Source: Amphiscolops sp. MND2022 (taxonomy: Eukaryota). From it: DNA of 64,000 bases. The notes beneath the pieces were generated by a model, which had not been told where the DNA came from, ran no database searches, and saw only the letters and a list, made by a program, of their open reading frames with translations. Below, piece after piece: positions 1 to 12,096 of the stretch (positions within the stretch are counted from its first letter, which is position 1; every line of letters starts with the position of its first letter). The stretch covers positions 82,214,001 to 82,278,000 of the forward strand of contig OZ076409.1 in assembly GCA_964187785.1 (NCBI GenBank), read 5' to 3'. The translations under genes and the position numbers were made by a program.

Positions 1-1738
1 CGAGAACTAACTCTACTACTACTCCAATTATTGTAGAGCAAAAATCACCCAATCTATCACGTTTCAATGATCGACCAACTGTGGACGATTTCAACAATTT
101 TCTGCTAAGATTGGAATAAATCTAACAATTCAATTCCAACTATCGTTGACGACCCCTTACAAAAGAATCTAACTCAATCAATGTTTCTGAAAGCAACTAA
201 CGAGTATGACGCTGAGAAAATTATCACGAAAAAGAAAAAAAAACTTCAGTCGGTCCCGATGGAATAAACCCGAAACTCCTGAAATTTAGTACGGTCTCTT
301 TTATCAGACCCTTAACCATTCTGATTATTCCGTGCATTCTTTCCTGAATATCTGAAGGTGGCAAAAGTAATTCCAATCTATGAATAGGGCGACAAAGAAG
401 ACTTTTCTACCTATAGACCATTTTCGCTTCTTCCACTTTTAGGCAAAGTTTTTGAACAAGTCTTGTATACGAGATTTTCAGCAAATATCAATAAATTCGA
501 TCGTTTGGATGAAAATCAACTTGACTTCCGAAGTAAACACAAAACGATCGATGTGCTGGCTTGTGTTAATGAACAAATCAGACTAGCCATGGATCGGAAA
601 GAAACTTCTTGTTGCGTTTTCCTTGATGTCAAAAAAGCATTTGATACTCTTGACCAATAAATTATGGTTGCCAAACTCGGATTTTTCGGTTTTCGGGTCA
701 GAGTTTTTGGAGTTGCTAAAATTTTATCTAAGTGATAGGAATAAGATTTTCATGTAGACGGTTTCAATTCATCGTGAGAATCCGTCGAATGCGGCGTATC
801 ACAAGGATCAGTGCTCGGACACCTGCTGTTTTTGCTGTATATTACCTATCTACCGCGATGTGTCAATGCAGGCATAACGTTTTTCGCAACGATACTAACA
901 TATTTCACAACAAGAGCAACAGTGCACGGTCGTTACCAGATATTGGAGTGATGTAGATGTATGGACGAAAAGCAATAAACTAATTGTAACCTCGACAAAT
1001 CTTATGTGTTTTTCTGAAGAGAAACTGCGGACGTAGAGTAGGGTGATTTTTAATTGAGCGTTCACCCGAATTCGAAGTATCTTCGTGTCATCATTGATGA
1101 AAATTTCTCATCCAAAGACCACATATCAAAACTGAAGTCAAAAGTGTTGTTTTGCAACTTTACGATTTTGCCAACCCGTCGCCTGCTAACGAAGCAACAT
1201 TTGCTTCTATACTTAAAGCTGCACGTTAAGCCTGTTGTTCAGTATGGAGTTCTTTTATATGTTTGCACCGCTTACTCGTCTCTGGGACATTGGAACCGGT
1301 ATTTATAATTCAGAGGAGAAATATGAGAATATTTTCAACTGACCGAAGAAATCATCCGTTAAAGATTTGATGATCGAGCATGATGTAGCAACTGCTCACG
1401 AGCTCCATGTCTGCGAATTATTCAAAATCATAGTTGGTTGTTTGTGTTAAGATCATTCCGTTAATATACTGGACATTATCCTGAAGCAAGTTCCAGAACG
1501 TGGCTACGGAATCCGTAGCTCTTCACAGAGAGCGGCTATGCCAGCATCATGTTACAAGAACTTCCGTCAATGCCTGTCAAAGAGAATGCCGGCGTTGTTC
1601 AATCAGTTGATTTCATGGAGCGAGTTACCGGATCCGCATTTCGTTTCTAGCGTCGATCATGAGGGACGAACTGCTTTATGTCATGACTTCTTCAAAGGAT
1701 ACATCCTCGCAAATGAGGAACCAATCCGTTCCGCATAG
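1..1738 (+). mobile_element. Decayed non-LTR retrotransposon (CR1/L2-like reverse transcriptase relic)
   Basis: Broken frames read as LINE RT motifs: AKVIPIY, YRPFSLLPLLGKVFE, CVFLDVKKAFDTL, GVSQGSVLG, KYLRVIIDEN, VQYGVLLY. Many stops and frameshifts. Confidence 0.85.
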
Positions 1739-2916
1739 GGCCTGGATTCGCTTCAGAGGCTCCTGTTTCACGGTAATAACTATGTTCACTGAACATTTCC
1801 TCCAGTCCTTTTGTTTAAGTTAGCATAATTGCCCAGTTCGCCGCTCGTTAATTGTATATCTAGTTGATTAAATAATTTGATCGCTCTTATATTTTATTAT
1901 CTTTAATTGCTTGGTCAATGATACCTGAGATTTTTTCCCAAAACAGTCCAACTATTATCCCCCTGAAGAATTGCACCTGCTAGCCCAAGGCTTTTCAAAT
2001 GTTCTCAAACCGATTGTTTGTAATTATTATATCGTACCCCCACTTCTGGCCCCGATGCAAAAATCCCGCGTTAGTGTTCTTAGGAGTCTATATCCTTGCT
2101 CCCTATGACCATTACAGACTCCTGAAAAGTCGGGGCCAGAAAAGTCGGGCATCGGGTGTCCAGAACCTTAAATAAAAACCAAATCACCAAAGATTCAAGT
2201 TACGAGTTTTCGGTCAAAATTTGGCTTTTTCCCCTCTTCCGAATTTCCTCAACATCTAAGCAATGAGGTCATTTTCCCACATGTCTGTTGAAATGTGCTG
2301 CATTCAGCAAGTACATTGGAACGCTTGAAATGATTTTATGATTACTGTTAACGAGGTTTTTTCGTCTTTCATCTCGATGTTTTTTGCATGTAGATTTTTT
2401 CTTCAATGCCGTATTGAAATTCAAATTGTTCTTGTTGGTGGAAATTTGAGCTTGTGCGCCCTCGGAAGTCTCTTTTGGTCATAAATTTGTGTTTGTTTTT
2501 ACGCTGATCTGTAGTAAGAATGACCAAATGAAATAAGTTATTAATATTATTATACATCAACGATGATGAATGGGAGAGTTTAATATTCAAGATCTCTGTT
2601 GATTCCGTCGAAGAAAGAAAAGAAAAAATGTGTCCTCGTTGAGCATTGAATCGCAGTTACAGCCAGCCACGTCTTGGGTATTCTTGATCAGTAGTCTAAA
2701 ATGTTTTTTTTTAGTCCAAACCTTTGGCTGAGGCATTTTCTTTGTTTGAAAAACTGCTCTTGAATGAAGTCCTCGCCATTACGTATTTCAATCTCGCGTC
2801 CGTTTCTGTAGGCTTTCAGGATAGTATGACACAAAATTTTTCTTAAATGACCTTGCCTCAGGAATACTTTTGTTGGACGAGTTAACACGCCATCACTTGC
2901 ATCTTCGTTGTTGCAG

Positions 2917-3286
2917 GTTTCCTGGCATCGCGGACCTAAAGCTGGGAGACACGTACATGATAGTGAACTTCTTCTTCGTGTTCGGGTCTCTGATAGAGTT
3001 CGCCATGGTCAGTGGCCAAGAACAGCACCGAATGCGCTCAGCCGAACTCGCCAAGGCCGAGGAGAACAAACAATTACTGGAGAACAAGGACAAAGGCGAA
3101 GACGGTGAATCTCAGAATGGCGGAGTGCCCAAAGCAGATCAAGGAAACTTTCTCCAACGGGTGTATAAGGAAAAGTTCAAGGGAGATATTGATCTGGTGG
3201 CTAGGAGGCTGTTCCCTCTTTGCTTCACTCTCTGGAATATTTTGTACTTTGCCTTAGGATTTGGACTGCGTACATACAAGGGCTGA
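2917..3286 (+). CDS. Last exon (M3, intracellular loop, M4) of a Cys-loop ligand-gated ion channel, GABA-A/glycine receptor-like
   Basis: Acceptor TTGCAG ends at 2916. M3-like DTYMIVNFFFVFGSLIEFAMV, M4-like IDLVARRLFPLCFTLWNILYF, TGA stop. Confidence 0.85.
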
Positions 3287-3809
3287 CTTCAAGTGAAGCC
3301 TGGCTTTATCACTTTATCACTGCAAAGTTCAACAAACTTCAAATTGGAACGCTACCAAATCATTCGAGTGATTTCAAACTGTTGTGTGAATGCTAACTTT
3401 TCAAGTTTTTAACATCTGTCGACATGTAGATTCGGGTACTATAAAGCAAGTGATATGTTTTTGCACGTGTACGAAATGGTAAAATGTATACTATAGGAAT
3501 TGAAATTCAACAGCTCCTCAGGCACAAAATTGAAACTAATTTGTTTTGGACAATGATGATGAATTAATTAAAACCTGAATGTTTGAATGTAGGCAACGTC
3601 ATCAAGTTAGAGTTGAGTTTTTTCAAAATGATGTATGAACTTTGTGTCAAGCTTTTTTTGTTATACAAAAGCTGATAAGAAATGCAGAAACATTTCAAGA
3701 TAAGAAAATTCTTTTTGCTGCATCACACCTAAAATTGTCCATGAGAAGTGCCACTACAGTAGGCCACTTCTAGCGGCTATTCTGAGCAGGGGTGTCTAGG
3801 TGCCCGCAC

Positions 3810-4375
3810 TGACAACCCAGGGCAACCCACCGGTGGCCATGACGCAATTTACATTTGTGGTGGCCAGGTGTGGACCAAATGTGGGAGAAAAGTTTCCTAC
3901 CGGTGGGTGGTCCACCGATGGCCATAACAAAATGTGTCATTACTGAAAAAACCATTGGAGTACGATCTGACATTACCAAAAAAGTCACTTGTGTGTCTAA
4001 AATTACCGAAAAAACCACTGGAATTAGATTTAAAATTACCAAAGAAAAACACTGGAACAAGATCTAAAATTACCAACAAAAAACACTGTATTAAGATCTA
4101 AATTCAATGGATAACCATTGAAAAATATTCTTTCGGACACGATCTGAAACTGCAAACAGGGTTTACAGACAATTCAGAACCGACCCTGATAATCCCCCCA
4201 TCTTAGTTTGGCTTTGATGCATCGGGGGCGCGAATAACGTCTGAAGGTGTTTCGTGTAGGAACATTGAGTTGCTAGAAATTTTGAACGAAATTTTAATTT
4301 TCAAAGGTGGCGAAAGCCTCCACAAAAGCCAATTTTTTCTCACGATGGCCAGTGGTGGGTTACCATGGGTTGTCA
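3810..4375. repeat. MITE-like inverted-repeat unit with internal ~39-bp tandem repeats
   Basis: TGACAACCCAGGGCAACCCACCGGTGGCCAT (3810-3840) is an imperfect inverse of 4345-4375. AAAATTACC..AAAAA..CACTG..AGATCT repeats lie at about 3930-4120. True ends and TSD not resolved. Confidence 0.45.
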
Positions 4376-4982
4376 ATAAGTGTGCTTCAGTTCAAAAGAT
4401 CTCATTTTGTTTCCAAAAGTTTTGAAGTAGCAATGATGAAGGAATGAAGTTTCACGTGGAAGAGGAAGATTTATCAAATGTTTTTTTCTAATGTTTGAGT
4501 AATTTCATTTTTTTCATTTAAGCAAGTACGAGATTTTACTCAGGTAATGCGGACCACTTTAGTTTTTACTAATTTCATGGGTGCTTATTGTTAATTATTA
4601 ACAAACATTGATTTTTGTATCCAAAAAGCACAATAAAAAATGGACGATTACGCCCAATGCACTATTTCACTCGCCACTCTGAATCAATGTTTGCATTTCA
4701 CAATTGGACAAGAAAAATTTTTAGAAAAAAGTCGTCTCAATTCAAGCTTAGTCAAGTGAAAGCTCTGAAGTTGATACTAGTATAGAAAGGAGCCAGTATA
4801 GTCCAAGACACAAACCGGCTAGAGCACTGTTCCCGAAGAGGGTTTTGTACATTTGAGGATCTTAGAGTCGAAAAACAAGCAGAATATTAACGAAAAAAAG
4901 ACGAACTTTAATCTGATTTTAAAATATGATTTGGAAGTTTAAACCGATTTATCATGAGTCGAATATGTTCTTAAACCTTCTG

Positions 4983-5719
4983 CCCAGTGTAAAAAGTCTT
5001 GAAACTCTTGATAAGAATCTTGGATATTCTTGGATTTCTCGGAAAGAATTCTCAAGATTCTTATCAAGAGTTTCAAGAGATACCAAGAATAGGCAAGAAA
5101 ATGCAAGAGGATTCAAGATTTCCGTTTAGAACCTCAGTCATCATGAAACCTAGCAAATGAGCTAAAAATTACCTAAAAATATCCAGCATTGTGGAATTAC
5201 GATCTAAAAATTACAATTTTCAGACCCAAATCTGATCACGAAAGATCGAAAAATGCAGCTGAAGTTGGAAAATCATTGAATTTCGCTCTCATAATTGCAA
5301 ATTCAGATCGAAAATGAGCAAAATTATGATCTAAAAGGATTGAAAACAAGTTCCAATTAGTATGTATTTGGGATCTAAAAATAACATGTTCCAGACTCAA
5401 AATTGATCATATAAGATTGAAAATTTGCAGAGTTGGTAATTGCATACAATTGGTCTCTGAAATCGACCGTAAGTTTGCTGAGAAAGCTGTAAATTTTACA
5501 GATTTTTCCATAACATGGCCCAAAATTACTGTAAACAGGCCTAATTTTACAATTTTAGAAATCGCACTGCGCACTGAATTTTGAAATAATCAAAATTTTC
5601 ACCTCCTGAATTTCTCGATAAGAATCTTGGCAAGATCTTATCAAGAAATTCAAGAAGTTGCAGAATTTTTTAGGAAAATCCAAGATCTTGGTAAGAAATC
5701 CAAGAGTTTTTACACTGGG
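4983..5719. mobile_element. Non-autonomous DNA transposon (CACTA/EnSpm-like MITE)
   Basis: TIR CCCAGTGTAAAAA...TTTTTACACTGGG, subterminal CAAGA/TCTTG repeats, 2-bp TG on both flanks. Confidence 0.7.
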
Positions 5720-8294
5720 TGAGAACCAAAAAATTGAAGTTATCAGAAAATGAACGGCCGTTTGCAACAGCTGAAACTTTTTGACTATGTTTTTGCAGAT
5801 TAATCCATAGGTAGAGGAACTGAAATAGAGCATGGAGCTCCTTTTTTCCCGATATACCAGACACGTGACTCTACTTGTTTGTAGGATTTCCCTCTGTATG
5901 TCGAGACTGATATGTTAGTACAGAGGTTTGAGAAACTAGCTGGCACCGAAACCTGTAATGTTGTCGTGACTCGTAAAAGTGCTGCTTGTCTCAATTGCTT
6001 CAAGGACGGCCTGTGATATTGAAGGTTTTCTTTGAGCAGTTCCCTAGAGCCTAGTGTGGAAGAAATTGAAATCTTACACTTACCTTGCAAGTTTTTTATA
6101 ACAAAGCAACTGATAAATTAGAATATTGCAAGACATCACAGTTATGATAACGTAAGCAAACGTTCCACCAATTGTCGAAATGATCACTTTTCGCTGGTTT
6201 TTGCCCGGTTTTTTCCAGAACAAAGTACGCCTATGGCCAATTTAGGTTCGTTCAGCCTACGGAGATATCTGCCCTAGGTTCTTAAATTCGAAAAGAAATA
6301 TGCAGCGTTTTCGTGGTTTCGTTCTTGTGACATTTTATCGCATATATACATGTACACGTTCAAACATTATGCGCAAATGTACCTATTGGGACAAGAACAG
6401 TGTTGAATTTTTAACTCAATATAACCAGAGAATAATAAAACATGTAAAGATAGTATAGTCAAGAAACCGCTCAAAAGGCAATCGGTGTGTAATTTAATTC
6501 TGGTTTTTAATTTAATTTAACTCTTTTCTCCTGGCTTAATTAAATTGAAGTGATCTCTTGACCGCTGAACTCGACATGTTCAGTTGACAGATTTCTATCT
6601 GGGAGAGTTAGAGAGCTCTCTATCACAACACAAACCATTTCTGGAAGGAATTACTCGCTAATGCATCCATTTTCTTACAATACGGTCAAGAAAAAAGCTA
6701 CTTTGAACTTATTTTATATGGCGGCACGTTCCATCATGAATAATGAAAATATACAAATTTCGCGAACTGAAACAATGGAAAAAACTTTGGGACATATGGT
6801 TTTTTGTCTGTCAAACAGAATTGGACTGTTATCGTAATATTCGTTACGTCATAAAATCTCAACACATTTGATATATGATTTGATATTTTATTGACCAATT
6901 CTAATGTTAATTGAGTTTCCGAACTTGATCGTTTCTTCTTACTCTTCTATTATTTCTTTCGTTATAAAAACAATCTTTTTTATGATTCGGTCTTCTCAAA
7001 TTTTTATCCGAGATTTTTAGCAGAGGAAATTGTTTGTCGGGAGATTAGTCATTTAAATTGGAAAGAATGTTAAAAATATTACGCTTAGGCAAAATCTCAG
7101 AAACAACTTATATCAGGTGTCTTAACAAATTTGTTTACTCATGATGCTTCCCCGGGTGAGAACTCTGTGATTCATTGTTGGCTACCTCATTTTCCGTAAC
7201 AGCCCGGTAGCCACGAGACATTTTGCCGTGGCCATGTGTGGAGCAACAGTAGACTACAGTAGTGATATTTCTAAAAGCAACAAAAGGCAAATCTCAAAAT
7301 CGAATATCTCTAAAACAGCGGCGATTTTTGAAATACATGTACTAAGATACGATTCCGAAGTTTAACAACTTAAAACAAGCTCATACTAATGAAATTTAGA
7401 ATGTTCTCGAGAAAAAATTATATTGTCAGATTCGAAATGTTTGGTAGAATTTTTCTGTCAAAATTATTTTGAAATCAAAAAAAATGTAAGTGTGTTAAAA
7501 TTTCAAAAAAAACTAAAAATTGATGTTTTGGAAATCGCTCTCGACCAATGAAATGAGCGCGTGAGACCTTGATCAGCCAATGATATTGGTTTATTTGCTT
7601 CCTTTCCGCGTGCTATGTTGCTTTTTCTAGAATAACTACTGTAGTAAAAAAAATATTCAAAAGTTGAAGAGACGCGAACTTGCACTCGATAGTTCAACAA
7701 TCCGAAGTCTTACCACTCAACATTACACATTTGTGGCAGGCGGAAATTTTGTTGTCAAAAATATTGTTGTCAGATTTGTTTTGGAATTCCTAATTTGAAG
7801 CGTTCATTCAATCTCTACTTTCAAAAATAAATTACTGAAAAGTGTTATGTGATGCGTTCTAAAGTTGGTAGTGTGGTCAATCTTTAAGAAGCTATTTTTA
7901 GAGGCCAACTGAGTGTACCTCAGTTAACAATCCTTGGTATGATATGACTTTTCCCAAAAACAAATGAATTGTTTCAATCAAAACGTTAAATATTTCTGTA
8001 TTTCCACCGTCTCGATCACTTTGTTTTCACATTCCGGTTAATCTTTATGTTTTACCTTTTCTCAAATAGCCGCCTAAAGATGACGCTGCTTTGCAGTTTA
8101 TAAAGTGACTAAAGTTGCGAAGCGAAAAAGCTACTGAAGCGATATGAAGTTCATCATATCGGTGGTGGAACTTACAGTAATTTAGATGCATTGAAAAAGA
8201 GAACTACTGCATATCAAAACTAGGAAAATTTTAAGATGCAAAATTCTCATGTTTTAAGTGCATCTTTTTATATCCTTAGTCGATATTGGTTGAA

Positions 8295-8624
8295 AGTAGT
8301 GTAGAAAAGGGGATTTGACACCAGACGCAAGGACGCGAGCTGGTTCACTTCACTCGATCATCTCACTTCACTCGATCATCTCGCTTTGCTCGATAATCTC
8401 GCTTCGCTCGATTCTCTCACTTCATTCACCACCTCGCTTAGCCATTCACTCTCCTCCACTTCGCTCGCTTTGCTCGCTTCGCTCCGTTTCGCTCATGGCT
8501 ACCTCGCGCTAATGTCAAATCCCCTTTTCTACACTACTCCGCTCCGCTTCGCACCGTTTCGCTCCTTACACCCTTCAAGTTAATATCAAATCCCCCTTTC
8601 TATACTACTATTTATTACTCAAAC
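8295..8624 (+). repeat. Left TIR of the Polinton
   Basis: Reverse complement of 22922-23251 with one visible mismatch (His vs Arg in the mirrored spurious ORFs). Contains CTTCG/CTCG short repeats. Confidence 0.95.
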
Positions 8625-8694
8625 TCAAGGACATTCACTAATAAAAAAATTATCTAAAAAGAACAATTCATTTCAAACAATTTAATCCATATAA

Positions 8695-9003
8695 ATGAAA
8701 AAGTTTGAAATGAACGATTCCTTTTTAATACAAATTTTATTAGCGATTCTAATATTCAACATCTTAATCTTAACAATCTGCTCACCATTAATATTTAAAT
8801 TTATAACCAACACCCCAACAACAAATCCAATCTATAACATTTCTACAACCACAGCTACAACCAATGAGAACAACACACCCACATCTACTCTTAATGAGAA
8901 CAATACATCGTTGACAACATCTACGATCAATGAGAACAATACAACGATGATAACATCTACAACAGAAACATCCAATGAGACAGCCAACACAACACATTTC
9001 TAA
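8695..9003 (+). CDS. Small membrane-anchored Thr/Asn-rich (mucin-like) protein
   Basis: Hydrophobic N-terminal segment FLIQILLAILIFNILILTIC, then T/N-rich repeats with several N-x-S/T sequons. TAAATG start. Confidence 0.6.
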   Translation: MKKFEMNDSFLIQILLAILIFNILILTICSPLIFKFITNTPTTNPIYNISTTTATTNENNTPTSTLNENNTSLTTSTINENNTTMITSTTETSNETANTTHF

Positions 9004-9010
9004 AATATAA

Positions 9011-9760
9011 ATGATGGAAAAATATCTTTATCCCGAACCTCCTGTGCGTTGTATTATCTCAGGTAAATCAGCAAGTGGAAAATCAACTCTTCTATTCAAA
9101 ATACTATTTAACATCATTAACGACTTTGATAAAATATTCATCTATTCACCAACAATTCATCAACCAGTTTATAGAACTATTATAAAATGTTTTAACAACT
9201 TTCTTCCTTTGAACATCATTCAAAATATTCTCAGAGAAGGTATACCCCTTGATGAATTGGATAAAACAATAGAAGAAATTATTAATGATGAAGACTTCGA
9301 ATCATCACACATAGAATGTGAAAGCTATGAAAACATAGATGAATTAAAACACCCACAAGACTACGATTTAAACATCCATAATGTTATCATACTTGATGAT
9401 TTGAATAAGCAACAGTTGAATGACGAAAAAGTACAGATGTTATTCAAAAGGGGACGCCACAATAATCTTTCAATTTTCGTAGTAACTCATGGTTTCTATG
9501 AACTTCCTAAAGATACGATACGCGAGAATTCTTCAATTATCCATCACTTCATAACGAATAATTTTACGAATGTTGAGTGTTTACATCGTCAACTAAGCTC
9601 AACTGATATGCTAATCAAAGAGTTCAAATACTTCTGTAATAAAGTCTGGGAAAAAGATTTTAATTTCATTACACTAGATCTTAATAAGAAGAAAAATGAT
9701 GGAAAGTATCGTAGAAATTTAGATACTCTCTTTATTCCATCAACTGATCCATTCAATTGA
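9011..9760 (+). CDS. A32/FtsK-like genome-packaging ATPase
   Basis: Walker A GKSASGKST, Walker B VIILDD, arginine-finger region KRGRHNNLS. Confidence 0.92.
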   Translation: MMEKYLYPEPPVRCIISGKSASGKSTLLFKILFNIINDFDKIFIYSPTIHQPVYRTIIKCFNNFLPLNIIQNILREGIPLDELDKTIEEIINDEDFESSHIECESYENIDELKHPQDYDLNIHNVIILDDLNKQQLNDEKVQMLFKRGRHNNLSIFVVTHGFYELPKDTIRENSSIIHHFITNNFTNVECLHRQLSSTDMLIKEFKYFCNKVWEKDFNFITLDLNKKKNDGKYRRNLDTLFIPSTDPFN

Positions 9761-9781
9761 AACAATCATTTCCCTTTAAAT

Positions 9782-10345
9782 ATGGATTTAAAAAAGTGCT
9801 CAAAATGTAAAGTTGAAAAATCACTTACTGAATTCAATAAAAATTCATCAACAAAAGATAAGCTGCGTTGTTTTTGCAAAACATGTGATAGAATGAATAA
9901 TTCTCAATGGTGTAAAAATAATCGTGAGAAACATAACACCTATAATAATAATTATATCAAAAAAAGAAGAGCTGAAGATGAATCTTTTAGATTAGCAGGT
10001 AATTTGCGCTCAAGATTATATCAAGCCCTAATAAAACAAATAACTAAAAAGAATTCTAAAACAGAAGAGTTACTTGGAATTTCATTCGAAGAATTCAAAA
10101 ACTACATTGAATTTCTGATGACATCAGAAATGACTTGGAATAACATCGAACTTGATCATGTACGCCCCCTATCATCATTCAATCTAACTGACCCCACTCA
10201 ACTTAAAGAAGCATCTCATTACTCTAACATTCAACCTCTTCTAAAGAGTGATAACAGTTGGAAAGGCTCAAGATATCACGAGCATGACCTAATGGTTCAA
10301 AATGAAAAGCTATATGAATACGAATATTTTAAGTACTATAAATAA
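9782..10345 (+). CDS. Zn-finger plus HNH-like endonuclease (paralogue 1)
   Basis: CSKC...CKTC, then ELDHVRPLSSF...NIQPLLKSDNSWKG (His-Me finger pattern). Confidence 0.7.
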   Translation: MDLKKCSKCKVEKSLTEFNKNSSTKDKLRCFCKTCDRMNNSQWCKNNREKHNTYNNNYIKKRRAEDESFRLAGNLRSRLYQALIKQITKKNSKTEELLGISFEEFKNYIEFLMTSEMTWNNIELDHVRPLSSFNLTDPTQLKEASHYSNIQPLLKSDNSWKGSRYHEHDLMVQNEKLYEYEYFKYYK

Positions 10346-11187
10346 TGGCTTTTTACATACCAAAGAATATAGAAGATCTCAACAAATTAAAAAATCTCAT
10401 CAACCAAAAAAACGATATTAAAAAACAAAGATTGAACGAAAAGATTCAAAACGCAACCTTGAATTATGATCTAGCAGAACAATATGCTCCAATTATGAAA
10501 CTTCAAGAAAAACAGATAAAAGGTCAAGAGGATAACACTCAAGCCATCGAAACCCAAACAAAAATGTTAGAAGAAGCCACTACTCCTTCATTAGGAGCTA
10601 TAGAGGCGACTAACGATGAACAAACTGGTACAGCAAAAGCAATTGATGGTGGAATTTCTGATATAATCTCCGCCCTTTTAATTCAGACTAACACTCACCC
10701 ACAGATGAAATTTTCAAAAAAAGATTTCAACAATTATAAAATCAACAATAAACCATTCAAACTTTACGACAATAAAATAAAATTTAATGAAATGGAATTT
10801 AAAATATCACCTGATTTCCTCAAACTATTCCTTAAAGCTAATAATATAGATTATTCCGAATTTACTCGTGAAGAATCGGATGCTTTAATAAACTTTATCA
10901 ATTACGCAGGTGGTTTAGGGAGAGATACAAGATCTAACCTCAATCAAGCTTTTAAATCCTTTAAACAAAATAACATCCAAGAAACGGATGGAGATGGAAT
11001 CAGTTTCATTTTTCTATCTTCGGATCCAAATACTTTAGTCGAACGATTTGAAGTGCTTGTGGGTGAATCACTAGCAGGTAATACAAACGCATTTCGAGAA
11101 GCGTCAGCAATATTACACGAACTTTTAAGAATGAAAGAGATTACAGAAACTGAATATGAAAATGCAATGAAGATTTTCATTGATTAA
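10345..11187 (+). CDS. Conserved Polinton protein of unknown function (possible core protein)
   Basis: Coiled-coil N-terminus. C-terminal DPNTLVERFEVLVGESLAGNTN motif resembles a common Polinton ORF and follows a DGDG possible protease site. Confidence 0.6.
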   Translation: MAFYIPKNIEDLNKLKNLINQKNDIKKQRLNEKIQNATLNYDLAEQYAPIMKLQEKQIKGQEDNTQAIETQTKMLEEATTPSLGAIEATNDEQTGTAKAIDGGISDIISALLIQTNTHPQMKFSKKDFNNYKINNKPFKLYDNKIKFNEMEFKISPDFLKLFLKANNIDYSEFTREESDALINFINYAGGLGRDTRSNLNQAFKSFKQNNIQETDGDGISFIFLSSDPNTLVERFEVLVGESLAGNTNAFREASAILHELLRMKEITETEYENAMKIFID

Positions 11188-11931
11188 ATGGAGAAGATAT
11201 TGACTGATATTGAGAAAAATACTCGGCCCCTACCTCAAATACCTTTAGAAGTTAAATATGAAACAAATCACTTTAAGATGAACCTTCAAGATAGTATCGA
11301 CTTAACAGATGGTAATTACGTGATAGGTGTCTCGTCTTTCAACACTTATAACTCTATCTTTAATGTAACATCTAAAAACAATAAAATCATATACTTTGAT
11401 GGATTACTGTATTGGAAAGAAATCCTTTTACCTCCTGGTGCTTATGAAATAGAACAAATAAATGATGAAATTGCGAGACAACTTTCTCTTGAAGTTAGTC
11501 CAATAATTCTTGAAGCTAACACAGCTACCCTTCATTCTATTATACGTCTTAGTGGCGGTTATAAAGTTGACTTTACACAACCTAACACTTTAGGAGACCT
11601 TTTAGGATTTGATTCAGTTATACTATCTGAACCATACAACTACTCCAAGAATAAGGTCAACATAATCGATATCCACCGACTTCACCTTTGTTGTGATAGT
11701 ATTATTGGTTCTCTGCGAAATGGCTTTCCATCAAACATTTTATTCTCCATTGTTCTGAATGAACCCCCCGGAGCTAAAATTGTTCGAGAACCCAACCTCA
11801 TTCTCTATAAACATATATATAAACAAAAACTTGATTCTCTAGAGTTCTGGATGGAGGATGATGAAGGCAATCTCATCGATAATCATGGTGAAACAATCGC
11901 TTTCACACTTCATATGAAGAAGAATTCTTGA
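11188..11931 (+). CDS. Minor capsid protein (penton, single jelly-roll)
   Basis: YNSIFNVT..NNK, LPPGAYEI, LLGF, LCCDSIIGS..NG, DDEGNLID motifs typical of Polinton mCP. Lies upstream of the MCP. Confidence 0.8.
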   Translation: MEKILTDIEKNTRPLPQIPLEVKYETNHFKMNLQDSIDLTDGNYVIGVSSFNTYNSIFNVTSKNNKIIYFDGLLYWKEILLPPGAYEIEQINDEIARQLSLEVSPIILEANTATLHSIIRLSGGYKVDFTQPNTLGDLLGFDSVILSEPYNYSKNKVNIIDIHRLHLCCDSIIGSLRNGFPSNILFSIVLNEPPGAKIVREPNLILYKHIYKQKLDSLEFWMEDDEGNLIDNHGETIAFTLHMKKNS

Positions 11932-11937
11932 TTATAA

Positions 11938-12096
11938 ATGACACTCAATCCAACTTCCAAACCACACGCACACTTTGTGCGTAAGATAAAAAATGAAAGT
12001 AAATTAACCAAAGTAAATTATGAAAAATTAAGAAGATTAACTGGTTCGGGGTTTGTTCGAATTTATAAAAATAAATCACCAATTTCTAATTCATAA
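11938..12096 (+). CDS. 52-aa basic peptide, candidate virion core protein
   Basis: Below the ORF-track cutoff: MTLNPTSKPHAHFVRKIKNESKLTKVNYEKLRRLTGSGFVRIYKNKSPISNS. TAAATG start, stop abuts the MCP ATG, contains LTGSG. Confidence 0.55.
   Translation: MTLNPTSKPHAHFVRKIKNESKLTKVNYEKLRRLTGSGFVRIYKNKSPISNS

Noticed and set aside
8340..8500. CRISPR-like appearance of short repeats here and at 56100-56420
   Set aside because: No unique spacers, no cas genes, eukaryotic context.
8315..8583. ORFs in the TIRs (mirrored at 22963-23231)
   Set aside because: Low-complexity translations of short repeats with non-ATG starts.
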